In this document: positions 59,765-64,000 of the stretch, piece by piece | Position numbering within the stretch: the first letter of the stretch is position 1 | Layout: each line of letters starts with the position of its first letter | Assembly (NCBI GenBank): GCA_963837955.1 | Contig: CAWIPH010000002.1 | Location: forward strand, 4,288,001 to 4,352,000 | Reading direction: 5' to 3' | Length of the DNA stretch: 64,000 nt | Source: an uncultured Verrucomicrobiae bacterium | GTDB taxonomy: Bacteria; Verrucomicrobiota; Verrucomicrobiia; Chthoniobacterales; JAFAMB01 | Made by a program: the position numbers and the translations under genes | The notes under the pieces: model-generated | Told to the model about the DNA's origin: nothing | Seen by the model: only the letters and a program-made list of their open reading frames with translations | Databases searched by the model: none

Positions 59765-62700
59765 TCAATTCTTTTTGTCTGACAGTGAATGAGGCCTCGA
59801 GCCGCCCAACTTTTCTACTAAACAGAAACTCACGGGAACTAGAAACACGGCCAGGAGACTCGCCGCCAACATCCCTCCGATGACGGTTGTACCCATCACC
59901 TGTCGGGCGACAGCTCCGGATCCTGAAGCTGTCCAGAGTGGCACGCACCCGAGGATGAAGGCGAAAGATGTCATCAAAATCGGGCGGAGACGCAACCGCG
60001 CTCCCGTCAAAGCCGCCTCCACCAGCGGTGTTCCGCGCTCGAATTCCGCTTTAGCGAATTCCACGATCAAAATTGCGTTTTTCGCGACTAATCCAATGAT
60101 CATCACCAAGCCAATTTGGGCATAAACGTTGTTCTCAATCTGAACGAGAGACGGTGAGAGAACTGCTCCGGTAACTACCCTTCGCAGATAAAGCATCGCG
60201 AAGGCTCCAAAAACCGCAATCGGGGTACTCAGTAAAACGCTGAAAGGAAGCGACCAGCTTTCATAAAGTGCCGCCAGGATAAGAAAAACAAACAACAGGG
60301 AAAATCCGAAGATCATGGCAGGAGGCACCCCTCTTTGGGCCAGTTTCTCCTGGAAAGACATTCCGAGATAGTCGTAGCCCATTTCTGGTGGCATCGTCGC
60401 GGCAAAGACTTCTTCGAGCGCATTCATCGCCTGTTGGGAGGTGTAACCTGTTGCCGGCGTAGCGTTAATTTGCGCGCAACTGTACAGGTTGTAACGCATC
60501 GTGAACTCGGGCCCAGTACGGCGCTCCAGCCGCGTGAGACCGCTCAACGGAACCATCTGCTGGCTGTTGTTGCGGACGTAAAACTGTCCAAGGTTATCAA
60601 GATTTGCTCTGTATTCGCCCTCCGCTTGCACATAGACCTGCCATTCTCGGCCGAAACGGTTGAAATAGTTAATAAATGAGCCGCCCATGAATGTTTGAAT
60701 CGTCTGGTACACATCGCTGATGGCGACTCCCTGTTTCAAAGCTCGCTCCTGATCCACGTCAATGTAGACTTGCGGTACGCTAGGCTGGAAGGTCGTATTC
60801 AATTGGGCCAATTCAGGACGTTTCCGAGCCGCATTCAAGAATGCGATCACGCTGTTCGACAAAAGATCTGGATCACCGCCCGAACGGTCTTCCAAAACGA
60901 ACGTGATGTCGCCGGACGTCCCAGCCCCTGGGATCGCCGGAGGTGAAAAAGCGAACGCCGTACCCTCAGGCATCTGGACCAGGGTGCGATTCAATCGCAA
61001 TTTGATTTCTGAATAGAGTTCGTCCCTCTGTCTGCGATCTCCCCACGGCTTAAGCGTCACGAAGAAAAATCCGCTGTACGTGCTTTGCACTCCGCTCAAA
61101 AGACTGGAGCCGATCGTGGTCGTCACGTACCTCACACCCGGGGTCTGAGCCAGCGTAGCTTCAATTTTGCGGCAGACTTCGTCAGTTCTTTGTAAGGATG
61201 CGGCCTTCGGCAATTGCAAGTTGACGTAGAAAAACCCCTGATCTTCATCCGGCAGAAAGCCGGTTGGAACTTTTCGGCCGAATAGGAACGCCGCAGCGCA
61301 AAAGCCGAGTAATACGATCAGCGCGAGTCCGGTTCTCCGAATTAATAAACCGGAAACCCGCACATAACCTCGAGTGGCAACTTCGAACATATGGTTGAAC
61401 CAATCGAAGAACTTTCCCAGTAATCCTCGGTTAGCGGGGCGAGGTTTCAGCAGAAGGGCACATAAGGCCGGGCTGAGCGTCAGCGCGTTAAAAGCCGAAA
61501 TCAGAACGGAGATTGCGATGGTCACCGCAAATTGCTGGTAAAGACGTCCTGTTATCCCCGGGATGAAAGCGGTCGGTACGAAAACGGATGCAAGGACCAG
61601 AGCAACACCGATCACCGGACCGGTGATCTCTTTCATTGCCTTCCTGGTTGCATCCTTGGGCGAAAGTCCGTCATGAATATGCCGCTCGACCGCCTCTACG
61701 ACTACGATTGCATCATCGACTACCAGGCCTATGGCCAGGACCAACCCGAACAAGGAAAGCGTGTTGATCGAAAACCCGAGCAGAGGGAAGAAAAGAAATG
61801 TACCGACGAGCGAAACCGGAACGGCAACAAGCGGAACCAGGGTAGCGCGCCAACTTTGGAGGAACAGGTAAACCACCAGGATGACCAACCCTATGGCTTC
61901 CACGAGCGTAGCAATCATTTCGTGGATACCTGCGATAACAGGCTCGGTAGTATCTAGTGAGATTACATAATCCACGCCCCGAGGGAAACGCTGCTTCATC
62001 GTTTCTAACAGTCTTTTGACCCCTTGTGCTGCCGCTAACGCGTTCGTACCCGGAAGCTGGTAGACTGAGATGACCGCTGCAGGTTTGCTGTCAAACCGGC
62101 CCCGTGTGTTGTAGGTCTGCGCTCCCAGTTCCACTCGAGCCACATCCCGTAGCTTTACGGCACTTCCGTCCGGCTGTTCTCGAATGATAATTTCTCCGAA
62201 TTCCTCGGGTTTAACCAGACGACCCTGCGAACGAGCAGCGTAGGTATACTCCTGTCCGATTGGCACAGGCTCACCTCCGACTTGTCCCGCCGAATTGACG
62301 GTATTCTGTGCTTGGACCGCACTGACAATATCCGGAACAGTCAAACCGAAGTTAGCTAGCTGGTCAGGTTTCAACCATAACCGCATCGCGTACTCGCCAG
62401 CACCAGAAATCTGCACGCTGGAAATGCCTCGTACCCGGGTCAAGGCATCGTTCAGATTGATATAGGCATAGTTAGATAGGAAGAGCGCGTCCCTGCTCTC
62501 ATCTGGCGAGCGGAGCGCTATTACCATGAGGGGAGCGGAAAATGATTTTTGTACCGTGACTCCAAGATCGGTGACAGCGGCTGGCAGCTGAGATGATGCC
62601 TGCGTCTGTCGCATCTGCACGAGGATCTGGTCGGTATTGGGATCGGTATTTAAGTCGAAGTTAATTGTTAACACCATCTGCCCGCTATTGGCGTTGACCG

Positions 62701-62938
62701 AGTACATGTAGTTCATGTTGTCAACGCCACTCATCTGCTGCTCGATGGGAGTAGCCACAGATTGCTCAATGGTCCGCGCATCGGCTCCCACGTATGAGGC
62801 AGAAACCACCGTCTCGGGTGGTACAATTTCCGGGAACAACGAGACCGGGAGAATCAGCATCGATAGAGCACCAATGATCAATGTCACCAGCGAGATAACG
62901 ATAGCCAATATGGGCCGGTTAATAAAAAAATTGGACAT
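59765..62938 (-). CDS. RND efflux permease (HAE1 family)
   Basis: FFINRPI, GLVVDDAIVVVE, AKNAILIVEFA and RLRPILMTS motifs. Confidence 0.96.
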   Translation of the reverse strand: MSNFFINRPILAIVISLVTLIIGALSMLILPVSLFPEIVPPETVVSASYVGADARTIEQSVATPIEQQMSGVDNMNYMYSVNANSGQMVLTINFDLNTDPNTDQILVQMRQTQASSQLPAAVTDLGVTVQKSFSAPLMVIALRSPDESRDALFLSNYAYINLNDALTRVRGISSVQISGAGEYAMRLWLKPDQLANFGLTVPDIVSAVQAQNTVNSAGQVGGEPVPIGQEYTYAARSQGRLVKPEEFGEIIIREQPDGSAVKLRDVARVELGAQTYNTRGRFDSKPAAVISVYQLPGTNALAAAQGVKRLLETMKQRFPRGVDYVISLDTTEPVIAGIHEMIATLVEAIGLVILVVYLFLQSWRATLVPLVAVPVSLVGTFLFFPLLGFSINTLSLFGLVLAIGLVVDDAIVVVEAVERHIHDGLSPKDATRKAMKEITGPVIGVALVLASVFVPTAFIPGITGRLYQQFAVTIAISVLISAFNALTLSPALCALLLKPRPANRGLLGKFFDWFNHMFEVATRGYVRVSGLLIRRTGLALIVLLGFCAAAFLFGRKVPTGFLPDEDQGFFYVNLQLPKAASLQRTDEVCRKIEATLAQTPGVRYVTTTIGSSLLSGVQSTYSGFFFVTLKPWGDRRQRDELYSEIKLRLNRTLVQMPEGTAFAFSPPAIPGAGTSGDITFVLEDRSGGDPDLLSNSVIAFLNAARKRPELAQLNTTFQPSVPQVYIDVDQERALKQGVAISDVYQTIQTFMGGSFINYFNRFGREWQVYVQAEGEYRANLDNLGQFYVRNNSQQMVPLSGLTRLERRTGPEFTMRYNLYSCAQINATPATGYTSQQAMNALEEVFAATMPPEMGYDYLGMSFQEKLAQRGVPPAMIFGFSLLFVFLILAALYESWSLPFSVLLSTPIAVFGAFAMLYLRRVVTGAVLSPSLVQIENNVYAQIGLVMIIGLVAKNAILIVEFAKAEFERGTPLVEAALTGARLRLRPILMTSFAFILGCVPLWTASGSGAVARQVMGTTVIGGMLAASLLAVFLVPVSFCLVEKLGGSRPHSLSDKKN

Positions 62939-62948
62939 GCTGACTCAG

Positions 62949-63998
62949 TTAATTTTCTGTATCTGCCGCGGCTCTGCCGTGGGCCGCGCCTGCATTCTTG
63001 GTCGGCCGGAGAATCTTGATGCGGCTGCGGATTGAGTCCGCTAGCCCTTCCACCATACAGAAGCCAGCTGGAATAAAGAAAGTTGCTACCAGACTCGCGG
63101 CCAGCATCCCACCGATTACGGCTGTCCCCATCACTTGCCGGGCCACAGCTCCGGATCCCGAAGCAAAGGCCAATGGCACGCAACCGGCAACGAAAGCGAG
63201 CGATGTCATCAAGATTGGCCGGAAACGAAGTTTCGCGCCCGCCAAGGCGGCTGCGACGAGTGTGTTTCCTTTCTTTCTTTCTGCTTCGGCGAATTCTACG
63301 ATCAAGATCGCGTTTTTGGCGGCTAAGCCGATAATCATCACGAGCCCGATCTGGGCATAGACATTATTCTCAATCTGCAACAGGATCGGCGGCAGAAAGG
63401 CTGAAGCCACGCTTCGACGCAGATAGAGCGCTCCTAACGTTCCAAAGACGGCGATCGGGGTGCTGAGCAATACGCTGATCGGAAGAGACCAGCTTTCGTA
63501 GAGCGCAGCCAGAATCAGGAAAACAAACAACAAGGAGAATCCAAAGATAATGATTGGAGGCGTGCCTTCCTGTGCTCTTTTCTCCTGAAAAGACATCCCC
63601 AGGTAATCATACCCTATTTGAGCCGGCATCGTCTGGGCGAAGACGCTCTCCAGTGCCTGCATCGCCTGCGCCGAACTAAACCCAGGTGCAGGAATCGCTT
63701 GCATCTGGGCACTCCGGTACAGGTTGTACCGCAGCGTAAATTCCGGGTTAAAGCGCCGTTCGACGCCGGTTAACTCCGCTAGTGGCACCGCTTGGCCCTT
63801 GCTGTTCCGAACGTGGTACCAGCCGACCTGGTCAACGTTCGTTCGAAAGTCCCCATCTGCTTGCACGTACACCTGCCATTGCCGACCAAAACGCGTGAAA
63901 TAGTTGACAAAGGTCCCTCCCAGGAAGGTCTGCAGAGTATTGTATATGTCTTTAAGCGCGACGCCCTGCTTGAGGGCTTTATCACGGTCCACATTCAA
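62949..63998 (-). CDS. RND efflux permease (HAE1 family), 5' part beyond the window
   Basis: ALYESW, AKNAILIVEFA and RFRPILMTS motifs; frame open to the window edge. Confidence 0.93.
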   Translation of the reverse strand: MNVDRDKALKQGVALKDIYNTLQTFLGGTFVNYFTRFGRQWQVYVQADGDFRTNVDQVGWYHVRNSKGQAVPLAELTGVERRFNPEFTLRYNLYRSAQMQAIPAPGFSSAQAMQALESVFAQTMPAQIGYDYLGMSFQEKRAQEGTPPIIIFGFSLLFVFLILAALYESWSLPISVLLSTPIAVFGTLGALYLRRSVASAFLPPILLQIENNVYAQIGLVMIIGLAAKNAILIVEFAEAERKKGNTLVAAALAGAKLRFRPILMTSLAFVAGCVPLAFASGSGAVARQVMGTAVIGGMLAASLVATFFIPAGFCMVEGLADSIRSRIKILRPTKNAGAAHGRAAADTEN

Positions 63999-64000
63999 AT

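Noticed and set aside
1..64000. tRNA, rRNA, tmRNA or known riboswitches
   Set aside because: None recognised by eye in the intergenic regions; a covariance-model search was not possible, so small RNAs may have been missed.

Overview
Bacterial chromosomal DNA, probably from the PVC superphylum and most likely Verrucomicrobiota. That placement is inferred from the long IspG, the TatD insertion and gene order; it was not checked by search. Positions 1-36 kb are mostly housekeeping genes: cdsA-dxr-rseP-ispG, smc, serS, an RND pump, aat, guaA, coaD, yceD-rpmF-plsX-fabH, tatD, pyrD, mnmE, hisC and recQ, with short tandem repeats and triple-hairpin REP-like elements between them. Positions 36-64 kb are accessory and hold the main points of interest. 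(1) A sigma54 activator divergent from an ADH / amidohydrolase / DUF59 operon resembles the accessory genes of propane-monooxygenase clusters but has no monooxygenase here. (2) A 313-bp inverted-repeat element has a highly structured interior. (3) An intact comM is surrounded by three collinear comM fragments and sits beside a HUH (Y1) transposase bounded by GGGGTCAG inverted repeats; a 35-bp copy of the transposase gene lies just outside its right end. (4) An nfeD-stomatin pair is followed directly by a GluR0-type ligand-gated K+ channel. (5) Two paralogous RND permeases lie in tandem. No rRNA, tRNA or CRISPR array was seen. All identity counts are by-eye alignments within the window.
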